This document shows, in pieces, positions 38,101 to 51,100 of a stretch of DNA of 64,000 nt. Position 1 is the stretch's first letter. Each line of letters opens with the position of its first letter. Made by a program: the position numbers and the translations under genes. A model generated the notes under the pieces. The model searched no databases, was not told the DNA's origin, and worked only from the letters and a program-made list of their open reading frames with translations. This stretch comes from Tubiluchus corallicola (Eukaryota > Animalia > Priapulida): NCBI GenBank assembly GCA_030141605.1, contig JAQGDQ010002377.1, positions 248,001-312,000 on the forward strand, in the 5' to 3' direction.

Positions 38101-41100
38101 TATAGATGCTGCACATAAAGCATGCAGCAGGAAACAGATTGACAATGATTTGAATGCAAATCGAAAATTTGCAAGCAAAATTTTTACCTTTGTGATTTTT
38201 CATTAATTACACTGAAATTCAGGTTACTAATGAATTATGCAGATTCGGAATTGTTTTCAAATTGCATTATTTGAAAGAAATAAGGATATGAAATTTTACG
38301 CAGTGATCACAGAATATATTAAAACACACAATTATCAACTAATGTCTGTTCTGTTACAGAATTTGCATATAAAATATTGCATAAAAAATTAGATAACTAA
38401 AAATTGCTAGTCATAGTGACCTGATTGTACAACTGCAAAGTACTCAGTGTTTAATAACTTACACCAATGTGATTGATGATCTTTTCCACACGATCATCTC
38501 CAAGACCCAGCAGTCGAGCAGCTGATGGTGACTTTAGGAATCTCTCCACAGTACAAGACTCGGCTTGTACCTGTAATAAACAAAATTATATAATGCATCT
38601 CACTTAATACGAAGCTGCATTCATTACTTGCACATCTATGAGAAAATAGTTTGAAATTACAACTTTTAACTCAATCAATGTGAATAACAACATTAAGGAT
38701 TAGTAGCAAGTGTGAATTGCTTTAGCGTCACTCTTTACTAGTATAGTCGAGTTGCCTTAGCGTCAGTTTTTTGGTAGTATGTGTAAATTGCCTGAGCATC
38801 AACTTTACTCATTAACTGCAGCATTAAGCTTGAAATCAGAGGCTGACACACACACAAAAAACTACTATAAAACAGATCATAAATGCTCACTACAGCTTCC
38901 CATATGCAATATACATTTTGAAGTATGAATGAACATTTTGAATGACGAGAAAATTTGTCATTTCAAAATATTTTGAAAATTTGAGTTACCACACTTATGT
39001 CTATGTAAATGTTCCCAGCAGTTTATCTTGGCTTAATCCAGTTTCGTATGTATACGTTTTCCTTTTTGCAAATTAATAGGATGTAGAATAAACAATTCCA
39101 AACGTAAAGCATTTTTTCGTATATCCAAAAACTGCTATATGTTAACATTCCGGATGGCTAAATTTTAAAACTGTTTCGAAAAGCAATCTTGTAAAAAGCA
39201 TTTGTAAAACTGATACTTTTTCGCCTAAAGAAACATTGTTCAATGTGAGTATGAAGAATCAGGTTCAGAAAGCACTGGAGAAGACAGGGGGCCGGTTTCA
39301 CACAGTCACTAAATTAATGTCATTACAATCACTAAACCAATTGTAAGACGTTGTTGACTTAGTAACGGCTTTATGAAGCTGAGCCTTTGTTGCTTGAAAA
39401 CAAATATAGTATAAAGGTGAAAACAGAAAAAAACAGAATCAAGCTAAATACGATAATACACGAGCATTATGATGTAGAAGTTTATTACAACTCAACTAAT
39501 ATACATGAGTTCAGGGACCTTCAGTCATGTAAATAAAGTGAGACAACAAAAAATTTGTGTGCGGTAAGAGTATGTACGTACGTACGTTAATACTTTGGTG
39601 ATACATTCTTAAAAATCATTAGATTTTTCTTTCTAGTATGCATATACACTTATGTATTTCATTATTCCCAAAAGCTACTATGCAAACATTGTTCAGTTAT
39701 TTACAAATGCATTTATTTAAAAAATGCATAATTAAACTTAATAAAACCAAAATATATTGTGTACTTACCTGACATTTTAAAAACAATTAAGAACATTTAA
39801 ATTATTTACAGCTGGATAAACTAACTTTCTTCCATTACAGAGTAAGATGTTGGAAGTATAATAAAATGGTTGCTTCAGTATTCGGTATTCAAAATACTGC
39901 TTATTGATATTACAGTCTAAGGCAGGGCAAAGTGTACAACAATGATGCATTGCTATCTATTAAATAATTGCAAACTTCCAGGCAGTGTAATTACATGTAC
40001 TGAAATTCGTTAGAAATTTTGATTACCCGAGTTGCATAAAATTGTTGAAAAGAAGAAAAGGGTTTTATTTCTAACGTAATCTTAGAAATCAAAAAAGGCG
40101 CAATAAGTATATATGGCACTTGGAAATTGTTTGCTCTAGTTAAAAGATTTTACGACATATACAGACTACTCTAGCTTTATTGGTGCGCTACATCTTAGTT
40201 AAGAGCAGTATGAAAACTACTAAACATGGCAATTTCTTTCCTCTAGAAATGACTAACTTGGCAAACATATACAAAATTTTCTGTACAGTAATCTGTTGAG
40301 CAATACCATATGTTACATAAATGTCCTAAGATTCAGAATTACTTTAGTTACTTTGATCACACAAATAAATACATAAAATCAGTCAACCAGTGTTTATATT
40401 TGGACAGAATGATTACGCTTTAAATTAAATTCAGTCAGTTCAAGCTTCATCATATTTTCAACTTTTCCAGTGAAGCCGTAAGTGGGTCTTCGTGGCTTAT
40501 TACCTGGAAAAGATGAAAATATAGCATAAGCCTGGACACTATAATTATATACATGCTTTTTAATGCTTTAAATGAAATCTGGAAGACAGTACTTATATAT
40601 ATAAGCCAAAAAAGGGCAGAAACTGCTAATAAAGGAGCTAACGGGTAAGGGTTAATAAAATCAATAATTTCTCTCATCAGGTCCACTAGGACAACTTTGT
40701 GCATGCATTACGAAGAAAAAACAAAACCTGAAGGCAGTCATGGAGAGTCAATTTAATGCCAGCATTAGTAAAACAAACAAATAAATTAAATAGGCCTTAC
40801 CTCTCCACTTTGCTCTCTTTTTAATGGAGATGCATAGGATCTAACAGGAATTTCCTCAATTTCTTCCTCATCGTGATCAGAAACATTTTCGTCACTATAA
40901 TTATCTTCCTGTTCCTCGTCTTCTGTATCTGGTGCACCTTCGTCATCGCTGGTGTAAAGTAATATGCAAAAAAAATGGAGTAAAGTAAAAAAATACATTA
41001 ATAATAATTAATTAAGGAAATAATTAACAAATGCAAATACTTTTAACACTGAAATGGAACTGTGAATGGAAAATCCTTTGAACACCCAGAACTCTAAATT

Positions 41101-44100
41101 TCATATAGTTTATAGTAGTTTATTCTACCATCCCAAGCAAATTACATTAGAAAATATATTACATTATATTTTACATTATATATACATTATTTTCTAATGT
41201 ATACATATAATTAGAAAATAATGTATATATAATGTAAAATATAATGTTACATATATATAATAACATCTTGTGTTGCAGAGTAGTCAGATGCTGAGACTTG
41301 TAAGTCTACTTGTAAGTCTGCATTATATGTGACTGCTGCAGAAAAAGTGAAAATGAACTTAACAGGTAGAAGTTAATCAGAATAAGAATTACATAATTCT
41401 TTCTTTAGTTGCGCTTTAAATTTGTCAATAGTAGTTATTATCTTGTGAGATTGATGCAACGTTGTTCTGCAGAAAGATAAATAATATTCATTGTGTCTTG
41501 TATTATAATTTGCACTGAGCCTGTCTTATAGAAGGAAGGGTATAGATTATTTTGTGAGAAGCTTGTAACAATAACAGCCAGGCAACATTCTACACATTAG
41601 TAATAATACATAACTAAGCTGTGCATTTTGTCTGCACTTACGATAAACTGGCTAATACGTCAAGCCTTTCTACAGCCTCCATGATGGCAGTTAACAAATC
41701 TATTCCTTCGTCGCCAAAACAGTTTCCTGAAAAAGGTTACATGAACTGCATTATTTCAGAAAAAGTTAAAAGAAAATGTTAGAAAAAGCTGGTAACAAAC
41801 TTTTAAAATTTTATTTGAATTATGAAGCTACATTTTCCTAATGCAGATATGTTACAAAGGCAAAAATATCGATGTCTGCAGGAATTTGCACGTTTCTTCA
41901 AAGTTGTATTACGAAAAGATGAAATTGTTAACAAAATGTAAAATCAAATCAGGAAAGACCAAAAAAGAAACAACTACAATAACCAATCAGTCATAGTTTT
42001 ATATAATGTTAAACAAAATCAAAGCGATTCCAAACTTGTCAGCACAATGTTTTTTACTGCAGCTGTTTTAACAGAACTCTGCCTAGGAAGTAAGAAAAAT
42101 CCACTTCTATAATGTGTTTACAAAATAATTCTCTAATGACTGCCATACATTATCTGGCCCTAAGAAACATTATCTGGCCCTAATATTGCAGGGCTGTGGA
42201 GTCAAAGCTATGACCATTAAGACTCAAATTCGGAGAACTTAAGCATAAGAAGAAGCCTAGCCCGAAGATTCACTTGGTAGTGATAAAATGCCACTGTAGC
42301 TAAATATTGAAAGTACTGCAAACTATTACTTAAAGGTAGGCGTCGGAGTTGGACCTTCCAAAATTTTAAGAGTCAGAGTTGGGATTTCAACATACCAACT
42401 CCACAGTCCTGTCCTTTTGCTTCTCTGGGCAAAAAGCTGCCAGCAAAAAAGTAACAAGAAAGTGCATTATAGCAAACAGCTCAACTCAACTCACCATTCA
42501 GATCTAACCTCTCAATCTTATCTTTATTCACCATGGCTTCAGCAATGGCTACACCACCGGTCTGGTCAATTTCATTATAAGCCAAATTTATTTCTCGTAG
42601 ATTTAAATGGCCTTCGGTTAGCGCCTCTGCAAGCACCGATGAACCGCCACCTCTCAGTAAACAATCACCCAAGTTTAGCACTTCCAGCGCTTGCATGTAA
42701 GACAAAGCCTAACGTAAATAAATAAGTAAATAATATATAAATAATCATAAATGAACAAATAAATCATCAAGGCAGCAGATAATATGTGCTGAGAACACTT
42801 GAACAATTAGACATGACAATGAAAATTAAGGTAAACCATTACAGCCTAAACAGTGGAACACATAATTGAGTAGCCATTTATGATATCATTCTAAAAAATT
42901 CTATTATCACATCACCTTAGCCAGTTCTTTGGCACCTTTCTCCGTAAATGTGTTGTCGTTCATATTGAGAATTCGTAATTTTTTATTGCAGGAAAATGCA
43001 TCGCAGAGTGCAGCAATACCAACGTGGTAGATACCATTCTGTGGCATAGAGATTTCTTCCAATGTCCCAATAGCCTTTATTGTACCATAAAAAATACATG
43101 TTAATATATAGAAATCATTATTCTGCAGTCAACCAAAAGAAATTCATGATTAGAATCACAAGTTCACTTACACAAATAATAATGAAGTTAATTACAGCCT
43201 ATAACTATAGTCACCCTAACTATCTTTCAAACAAAGAAAGCAACGTCACAAAGTGTTATAGAGGATATACAATCTAGAGTACTATAGAAGAGATACATAA
43301 ATCAATATACAATCTGAGGTGACTATCTAACCTTAAAAGCTTCTGCTAGAGCCATTGATCCTTCATTCTCTAATCGATTGCGCCCAGCGATAAAAACCTT
43401 CAGTGCTAGAGGACGTCCAGCTTCTGTGCTTTTTTCATGGCATTCTAATAATGCCTTTGATAAGACCTAAAAACAACGAAAATGATTCCATAAAGAAAGT
43501 CGATGTATTTTATGCAAACTATTACTAAATAAAATGCATCACATACATAATGTATATTCATATACAATAGTGACCAGACGGCTTGAATTTACAACAATTG
43601 TTAAAAGTTAGAAAATTGCACAACAGTTTAAATAGACTCATTCATTAGGAATTTTAACCTTTAATATCATCTACCTATTAAAATTAAGACATAAAAACAG
43701 GTCTTTGGCAGTTTCCATTGCCACTACATGTTGGTCAAAGATCTGTCATATTGCACAACGAAAATGGCAGCAGAAGGGATATCGAAATATCTGTTTTTGT
43801 GCTAATTTTACACATTGCAAATGGCAACAGAGACTGTCACAAGATCCGTTTTGTGTCTTAATTTTAATAGGTAATGTTAAAATGCAATTTGAATGTGTGT
43901 ACTTATAAATGCATCGTGGTCTAGTACCATTCACATACCTTTCCTCCACTAATGCCTAATCCATTGTTATTAAACCGTAAGATCTCTAAAGAATATCCAC
44001 TCTCGCTTTTTAGTAGTTCTACAATAGCATTGACGCCGTCGGCACCAAACGCATTGTCACTAAGATCTAATTCAACCAGATGGGCTCCAGAGGCTATGAT

Positions 44101-46211
44101 AGCACTACCTAGATCCCTCTACATACAATATAAAACAGCAATGATAAGATAATACAATAGACACAGAAAAAATAATACAACTCAATGTCTTTCAAACTGT
44201 ATGTTGTTTGTATGGACAAAATTACAAGTGAAATGCCAATCACTAGTTAAATTGCTAGTTACGGTCGAATCCCAGTAATATGATTCTGCTTAAAACGAAA
44301 CTCTGGGGAGTACTACAAATTTATTATGTCCCTGCCAAGCTTATAATAAAACCTATGAAATCACTTATGGTTAATACGAAACTCGTTATTGCAAAAACAC
44401 CATTTATACAACACTTTCCCAAATTCCCGCCAATATAATTTTAATACAAATAAATATTTTAATATGATTTCTGCTACGTCTTGCCCGTCTAGACTCTAGA
44501 CACTCTTCAGCTGTTGGAACGGTAACCACCGCCACAAGTTTTTTACAACCATTATGCATCATAATGCAACATTTTGCCAGAGAGAGTGCAAATTTAAATG
44601 ACTTCATTACAAATTTACTTGCAAAACTGTAAAGTTACTGATTTCTATAAGACAGTAATAAAATGTGAGTGAGTTAATTACAACACATTTTTCCTTTGAA
44701 GGATTTTTTCGGGTTAAAATTTTTTACAATTTAAAAATTATTAATCACTGAAATGAGTGTACAGACAACTACCTGCAGTCAAACTGTTGGTTTCCAAAAT
44801 GCCTTCCCACTGTGATAAAAATTTGCCCTTATAGTTTAAAACTAGTTCTTCTAACTGTCTGCCTTCCCTTCCCTTCGTTTGCATGTGTCCAATTGTAATA
44901 CCATAGCAGCGGCTATAGTAAAGTTTTGTTGTGTAGGTGGCATTAACATTGTGATGTCCAGTATATTATAGACTATACATTCATGGTATTAACATACCGA
45001 AGACTAACCAGAGTAACTGATTGGTAACACACTGAATCGTTGATACAATTTTGCAGTTTGTACTCATGCAAAACATGGGGGGGTAAAGAAGCTTAAATTA
45101 TGCTGCCTGACAAAAGACCGATGAACAGATGTCATGTCCGTTAACTGCTATTTTGTATTAGAAGTAAAAACACGTGTAACAGATAGCACGAAACCCGCTT
45201 AATATGAGAAAATATTTTGGTTCCGTGAAAATCGTATTAACGGGATTCGACGTACTGGCTTCTCAAATATGCACATTATTAAAGATTGGTACAAAAATAA
45301 TCAAGGTTCTAAAATTTGTTGCTAATTACCTATATACAAAATGTGGCTACGAGCTGTATCTACATGTGTGGCTGTACAACACATGTAAGTAGCTTTGCTC
45401 TGTGTGTCCTCTTACAGACTTACACATCTTTATAATAAGTGCTAATTATGTAGTGTGTTTGTAGTTGTGTTGTATTGTGTTTTTTATTATTTTATGCTTT
45501 TTATATACTAACAAATATGGCACAAACTAAACTAAACTAAACTAATAGCTGTAAAAAACGATGACGATGACGATGATGACGACGACAACGACGACTTACA
45601 CATCTTTATAATAAGTGCTGATTATGTAGTGTGTTAGTAGTTGTGTTGTATAGTGTTTTTTTATTATTTTATGCTTTTTATATACTAACAAATATGGCAC
45701 AAACTAAACTAAACTAAAATAGGTTAATGCTAATAGCTGTAAAAATAATAACGATGATGATGATGACAACAATGAGTTTAAATATTAAAGATTACCAGTG
45801 ATGGTGGTATTTCTGATCGAAGTCGGCCTGTAAACATATCGCTCCACAGCGCCCTCTGGAATGTAGAATGTGATCTCAGTGCACCCGCAATTGCTTTTGC
45901 TGCATCTACGCCAACTGTGTTGCCCTCCAGTTTTAGTGCCTTCAATGAATGGCATTCTCGAATTGCCTTAACAACTTCTTGAGCTAGAAACATCAACTAT
46001 GATTCAAAATGAACTCACAAAAATAAGTCTGGTAAATTAATAACTGAATGTTACAGGCCAGAACAAGACATCACTCTTACTCACCATCTTCGGCTGTGTC
46101 TAGTTTAAGTCCTCGACCGGAAAAACTAACAATTTCTGTATCAATGTCCACTGATACTGTAGCGTGAGCCAACTGTTCTTCAAGGTCCTTCACTTCTGAT
46201 TCAGCTGACAT
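35105..46211 (-). CDS. RANGAP1: Ran GTPase-activating protein 1 (13 coding exons, 577 aa by my exon sum)
   Basis: Exons 46211-46085, 45983-45796, 44118-43939, 43466-43332, 43074-42916, 42708-42495, 41726-41642, 40948-40801, 38570-38463, 36865-36760, 36200-36112, 35664-35540 and 35174-35105 are all GT-AG and in phase. Motifs: [59 protein letters not shown], acidic SDDEG tract, and HLGLIK|SEDK (the SUMO-acceptor motif of the metazoan C-terminal domain). Confidence 0.96.
36292..36402. repeat. Imperfect ~36-bp inverted repeat (foldback/MITE-like) in a RanGAP1 intron
   Basis: CATAAAAAATGTAATGCCTTTATAGCCTCAATGATT versus AATCATTGAGACTGTAAAGGGTACTACGTTTTTTATG. Confidence 0.7.
39288..39386. mobile_element. 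Short (~100 bp) palindromic Harbinger-like MITE; second copy inverted at 52298-52403
   Basis: GGGGCCGGTTTCACACAGTCACTAA...TTAGTAACGGCTTTATGAAGCTGAGCC. The 52298-52403 copy reads as its reverse complement. Confidence 0.7.
40450..40503 (-). CDS. RANGAP1: Candidate alternative terminal exon of RanGAP1 encoding [17 protein letters not shown]
   Basis: Strong acceptor (tattttcatcttttcCAG), phase 0 matching the donor at 40801, 17 codons then tandem TGA TGA, and a downstream AATAAA on the minus strand at 40176-40181. Confidence 0.6.
   Translation of the reverse strand, partial: VISHEDPLTASLEKLKI
41161..41247. repeat. Perfect 38-bp AT-rich inverted repeat with 11-nt loop
   Basis: 41161-41198 is the exact reverse complement of 41210-41247. 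Confidence 0.9.
42189..42411. mobile_element. hAT-like MITE
   Basis: TIRs CAGGGCTGTGGAGTC / AACTCCACAGTCCTG with internal GGAGTC/GGAGTT subrepeats. TSD not preserved. Confidence 0.7.
44262..45252. mobile_element. pogo/Tigger-type MITE
   Basis: TA|CGGTCGAATCCCAGTAATATGAT ... ATCGTATTAACGGGATTCGACG|TA. Confidence 0.7.
45417..45775. repeat. Tandem duplication, 2 x ~176 bp, containing (AAACT)n and (GAY)n microsatellites
   Basis: Units start GACTTACACATCTTTATAATAAGTGCT at 45417 and 45593. Confidence 0.9.
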
Positions 46212-47499
46212 AACTGCTTACAAGTTTCCTAAAATGTGAAAGCAAAACTTAATATTGCTACTGTTTAATTTAAATAAATTTTAAGGAAGCTACCGATTTG
46301 CTCGCAAATACGGCTGTCGCGTTTATTAATTCCTAAAGTTTGTTAAACGTTTACACGATACTTGCCAAAAGAAATGATTCCTTTTACACAACAAAAAGAG
46401 TTAAATTTATGCATTTAGGGAAGGGGAGATGTAAGTAACTGTTTGAGTCATAGGAACGAATTCACCAAATTCTACTCACAGTAACTACTCATCAAATTAG
46501 TTAAAATCGTCGAAATCGTCATTACATGTACTTTCATCTGTATCATTTAGCTTGAAAAGCACAGCACATAGTGACTCTAGCATTTATGATTATTTATCAT
46601 CACCGTGACTCGATTGATTAGTATCGGTTACAGCAACCCATGAGAAACGTTACTACACATACGGTGAAATACTTGGAACACGCTTTGAGTTTGTTTTGTT
46701 TTTCTGATATGTTAAATCTAACATTGATCCATCCGTAGTCACTCCTTATTAAACTGCGGTTTTGGCACATAATGTGAAACTCATGAATCAATTTATACAA
46801 GAATTTTCTTCACATTGCACTGTCCAGGTTGGAAATTATAAGTGCGAGAACCTTGGAGTAGCTGCACATGGCTTAGCTTATCAGTTTGATTTAGAAGCAA
46901 GTTGAAGAAACAAGAGTAGGCGGGCAGCAGCAAGTATACTTAATACAGTCACCACATTATTGGTAGCATGTGACATCATTTCAGAAGTAAGCTAAAGTGA
47001 AACTGTTTATTGTTTACAAAAATCAGAAAATGTTTAGAGGGACTAAACTAAATGCTCCATTTTATACATGTAAACGTGACCTGGCTGAAGTTTTCATAGA
47101 CAAATGGACACAGTCTGCGGGGCAGTTCTTCTGGTAGTGTTTTTTTTTTACTTAAAATGTTTATTCTCAAAATTTTAATGAGAAAAAAGTTTAAATGTTT
47201 TCCTCTCATTAGTACTAAAAAAACAACAAAACGCTCCACATCCTAATACTCAAAGTTACAATACAATTATCTGAGAGCACTATGGCTTCAACTGTGCGAA
47301 CACTCCCCTCTGTCACATTGGTTACATCTTCCTTGTGATGTAGGCATTACCATTTACCGTGCTTCCCTGTTGTAGTCAGCTATAATGTTACCTCATTAAG
47401 CTGATGAGTTTGTTGCTGTGAAACTTTTTTACTGTTTTCAATAAAATAGTTTATTTTAGCTAAATCCGTGCAGTTCTAGTGTTTCTTGTTAATGACTCT

Positions 47500-48119
47500 A
47501 CAATTATTACTTGAGCCTTGAGGTAATATTTTTTCCGTGCGCCTGTACATGCTGCAATTTGTCATTACGTACTGCGTCGTATACGAAAAAGTGGCAGCAG
47601 CAGAACGTCAAGCTATAATTGTAGATATCTCTATATACTTTACTGTACGCTATCTACTGTAACTACTTTATGAACTTTGTATTGGAGATGAATACCCTTT
47701 TTGAACTGAAGTGAAAAAATGGAGGTCTCCAGTACAGTGACAACTAACAAAACTTGTTCAACCCACTCGTATCAAAAATAAATTACAGCAATCACATTAT
47801 ATAAAAACAATAAACCACGTTTTATGAATAGTCGGGTGTGTCTACAATATGTAATTAGAAATTACCACATAAAGTCAGTGAAAAGAGCAAAAAAGTGTAA
47901 ATTAATTTTCAGAACTCCGCTTTGCTTTTCGCGGTCACGTGCTAATGTTGTGCGTAGCCTGCTGCCACCTAACGATTGTATTAAGACTAATTTTTGTACA
48001 TGTTACCTCCTAGTAGGTGGCCGTACTGACCTTTCGAGCTTTCTGAGCCTTTCTTATACAAACGACGTGGAAATGAAAAACAAGGGGAAATGATGTTCGT
48101 GAATGCTTTTTTCTAGCAA
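47500..48119. promoter_or_regulatory. Putative bidirectional promoter RanGAP1 (-) / DNTTIP1 (+)
   Basis: Head-to-head start codons 1.9 kb apart, a locally CpG-rich stretch, and E-box GGTCACGTG at 47933-47941. RanGAP1 needs an upstream non-coding exon (acceptor at 46229-46230). Confidence 0.45.
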
Positions 48120-51100
48120 ATGTCAATTTTTGCGAAACTGACAGGGGAGAGACGGTCGTAAGTATTAATCTTTGGTTTATAGTTTATAAAAAGAAAAATT
48201 GCTTTTGCAAAATACTGTACTGGTCTATACCGTCTTCGGAGAAGAGAACTTTGAAGATCACGTTTTGTTCATGAATTTAATGTACTCAGGCATTTTTTGA
48301 TGTAACATCACGCGTCTTCATCTTTGCATTAACTGAGTGGAGCTTTGTGCATGTCTATGCTGACAATGATGGACAAAGACTTATGTCTGTATATTATTAA
48401 TGTGTGAAGAGTGATGTAATTTGACGGGTCTGTGTGGAGAACAGATTCGATGCAGTTTAGTTGAAAAATCCGTTAAATAGTTTTAATTACTGCATATGGG
48501 CACTCATTTACAATATTTAACAAATGTTCATTCAAGTGTTAGGCAAAACATGCTGTCTTTGCTGGGTATTATTGGCATTACCAGTATGACTTATTTATAT
48601 TAACTAGAAATAATAAATTACATTATAGTTTTTAATTCTTTAGGGAACTTCTACGGAATTTGCAAGAATTATCACATTATACAGGTCAACGTCGTTTTCA
48701 AGAAGACATGCCAGTTGTGCAACCAGAGTTTTCAGGTCTAGGAATTCCTGGAGCTCCTGTGGGACCGGGAGCACCCAGGGGACAGGCTCCACCTGGAGGG
48801 TATAGTGGTCTGGCTGCTAGGTCATTACCTGACACAGAAAGGTATTTTAAATTATGCGATCAACAAATAATGCAATCAATATGCGATCAACAAATAAACT
48901 GTTGATCCACATTCACATCTTGCATCAAAGTCTGATCCACAAAATGTTCACGCATATGCTTCAAACAACACGAGAAGAGTTGTTTGTCACATTGGAAAAT
49001 TTTCTCACAAAAACTGAAAAGGAGTTAACAGCGATGTGACTCTAACATTAACCAAACTTGGGCACTGTAATGGTGCCTGTTTGTTTAAATGTTCAGTGTT
49101 ATCCTTAAAAGAACAAAGGTCTTTAATTATCGCACCAAAATCAAAATATTTTTGGTCAGCATCTTCACACGACAATATATCTACTAACTTGAAATTAGAT
49201 AAGCCAGTATGCTAGACAATGTTGCATAACAACAAGTCTCTTTGATTATAATAACGTACACACTCACATAGAAAAACTAAAAAACGTCAACGATATTGTA
49301 AAAAAGAGAGTGTAGTAGTCACAGTTTAAGAGTTCATTGTACTTCATGGTACATTCGATATATTATGCTCTTGCTTATTCTCTAATTACAGATAATCAAT
49401 AAACGTAACAGTACTTGTGTCACTTACTGGTAACTAGATACATCGTGATAATCCTAAACCACAGATGCTATAACCCGTTATGTTCTTGATTTGGTAAACA
49501 CACCAGTATTGAAAGTTTTCACTTGCATGTTTGAGATGTAATAGTAACAGACTTACTTTATTACCTCAGAAAATGTCGCTGGAAAATGAAAAATATAACC
49601 ACTTGTTGAAGAACACACAAGTACAAACATAACAGCAACTACCACAATGTAATTAGTGTGTTAATTAAGTTCTGATTAGTTTTGCATTTTGCTTGTGGTA
49701 TAGGCCTATATCACGGGAGCTGCAAGCACGTTTCTAAAGCACTTGTGGTGTGTTAGTATAAATTTTATTGTGTCTTTGAAAAATAAATGTATTTCTATGT
49801 CATTCTTAATAACAATAAGTTTTGTCTCCTCGTGCTTTTGTTAAAAATCATTTTTTCAGCTTTTTTGATCTAATATATGAGGACTGTGTAATCAAGACAT
49901 TTAAAATGTGTTCAGAGAAATGCATCTATTTTTGCCTACGTTTGTTTATGATTCTTTTTAGGTCTTACATTAGGTTTTAAGTTACAAACTTGTTTTTATT
50001 TCTGGCACTGTAGGCAATAATTATCATATGTTTCAACACTGCTGAAACACTGTTGGTTTTACACAACAAAAATGGTCCTTGATTCGTTAGTTAGTTCTTA
50101 CTTTTTCACTATTGCAAAATTTTTCATTTTCCTGTTGCAGGGGAAAGAAATTTCGAAAGTGTATACGTGTGTTTGTACAGTTTTATGTTTATGCATCATT
50201 TCGCAGTATCATGTATATGCATCATTTCGTTAAATTTTCTTAATACAATTACAACAAGAACAAACAAATCTATAATTAAATTACATTAATTATAAAGTTT
50301 AATAAAGTGATTTGAATACATATTAAATTAGTGTTTTTTCTAACTGCTTATAATTTAAAATCAATCATTTATACAGCGTTCAGGAAGATTGTCAATATCC
50401 TAGAGTCGGGCCTGATGACATGTTACCTGGGCTTGTTTCTGGAAATATCGCACCTGGTGGGAATGAAGATGAGGAACCTGAGGATGTTGCCATGGTAACA
50501 GTTAATATTTTAAATTCTTTAAAAAGATTATTTGTGGTAATTATGCTGAAACTTTATTATGGCTTTAATGTGAAAATGTAGCTGGTTGAGTTCGGCCACT
50601 AAACTATTAACTAATAACAAAAGTGGCATTTTCGTTCACAGGCAATAAGCTTTTGCGGTGGCTGAGAACACTGCTGAGGTGTTGCATAATGCACCGGGGT
50701 GACTATTAGGTGCGCAGTAGACAATAACGCAGAGTACTTTCACGTTACTAATTAAGTTTGTTTGTTTTTTCCTTCATATATCAGTGCGTCATGTTTTTCC
50801 GTTTCGTGCAACAGTGTTATCACGTCTTTTCAATAACACTCTCTTAACCGGCCAGCCCCTTTAACAAACAGTTTTTGATTCCTTTGTCTTCTACTGTCTA
50901 AAACGTTAATTATGTCCAGATCTTGCAAAATGTCCAAAAATGTTTACTTGCATGTTTTCCCACTGCTGACCTGTTTGAGCATCTATGGTGATTTAACGTG
51001 TTTTGGCAGTTTTGTAGCATTTTAAGTAATGCAAATCTTAGTGCTTATCTACCCTAATGAATATTCCTGTTGCCTAACATAGCGTGATACTAACCTGTTT

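Noticed and set aside
38700-38810. Three degenerate ~36-bp units with TTGC..TAGCGTCA
   Set aside because: Too divergent and short to interpret; likely an old minisatellite.
35105-46211. Segregation Distorter-like truncated RanGAP duplicate
   Set aside because: Only one copy of each RanGAP exon is present; truncation, if real, comes from alternative splicing.
47395-47430. CTGATGA...GAAAC as a hammerhead
   Set aside because: The intervening sequence cannot form stem II, and the flanks do not pair.
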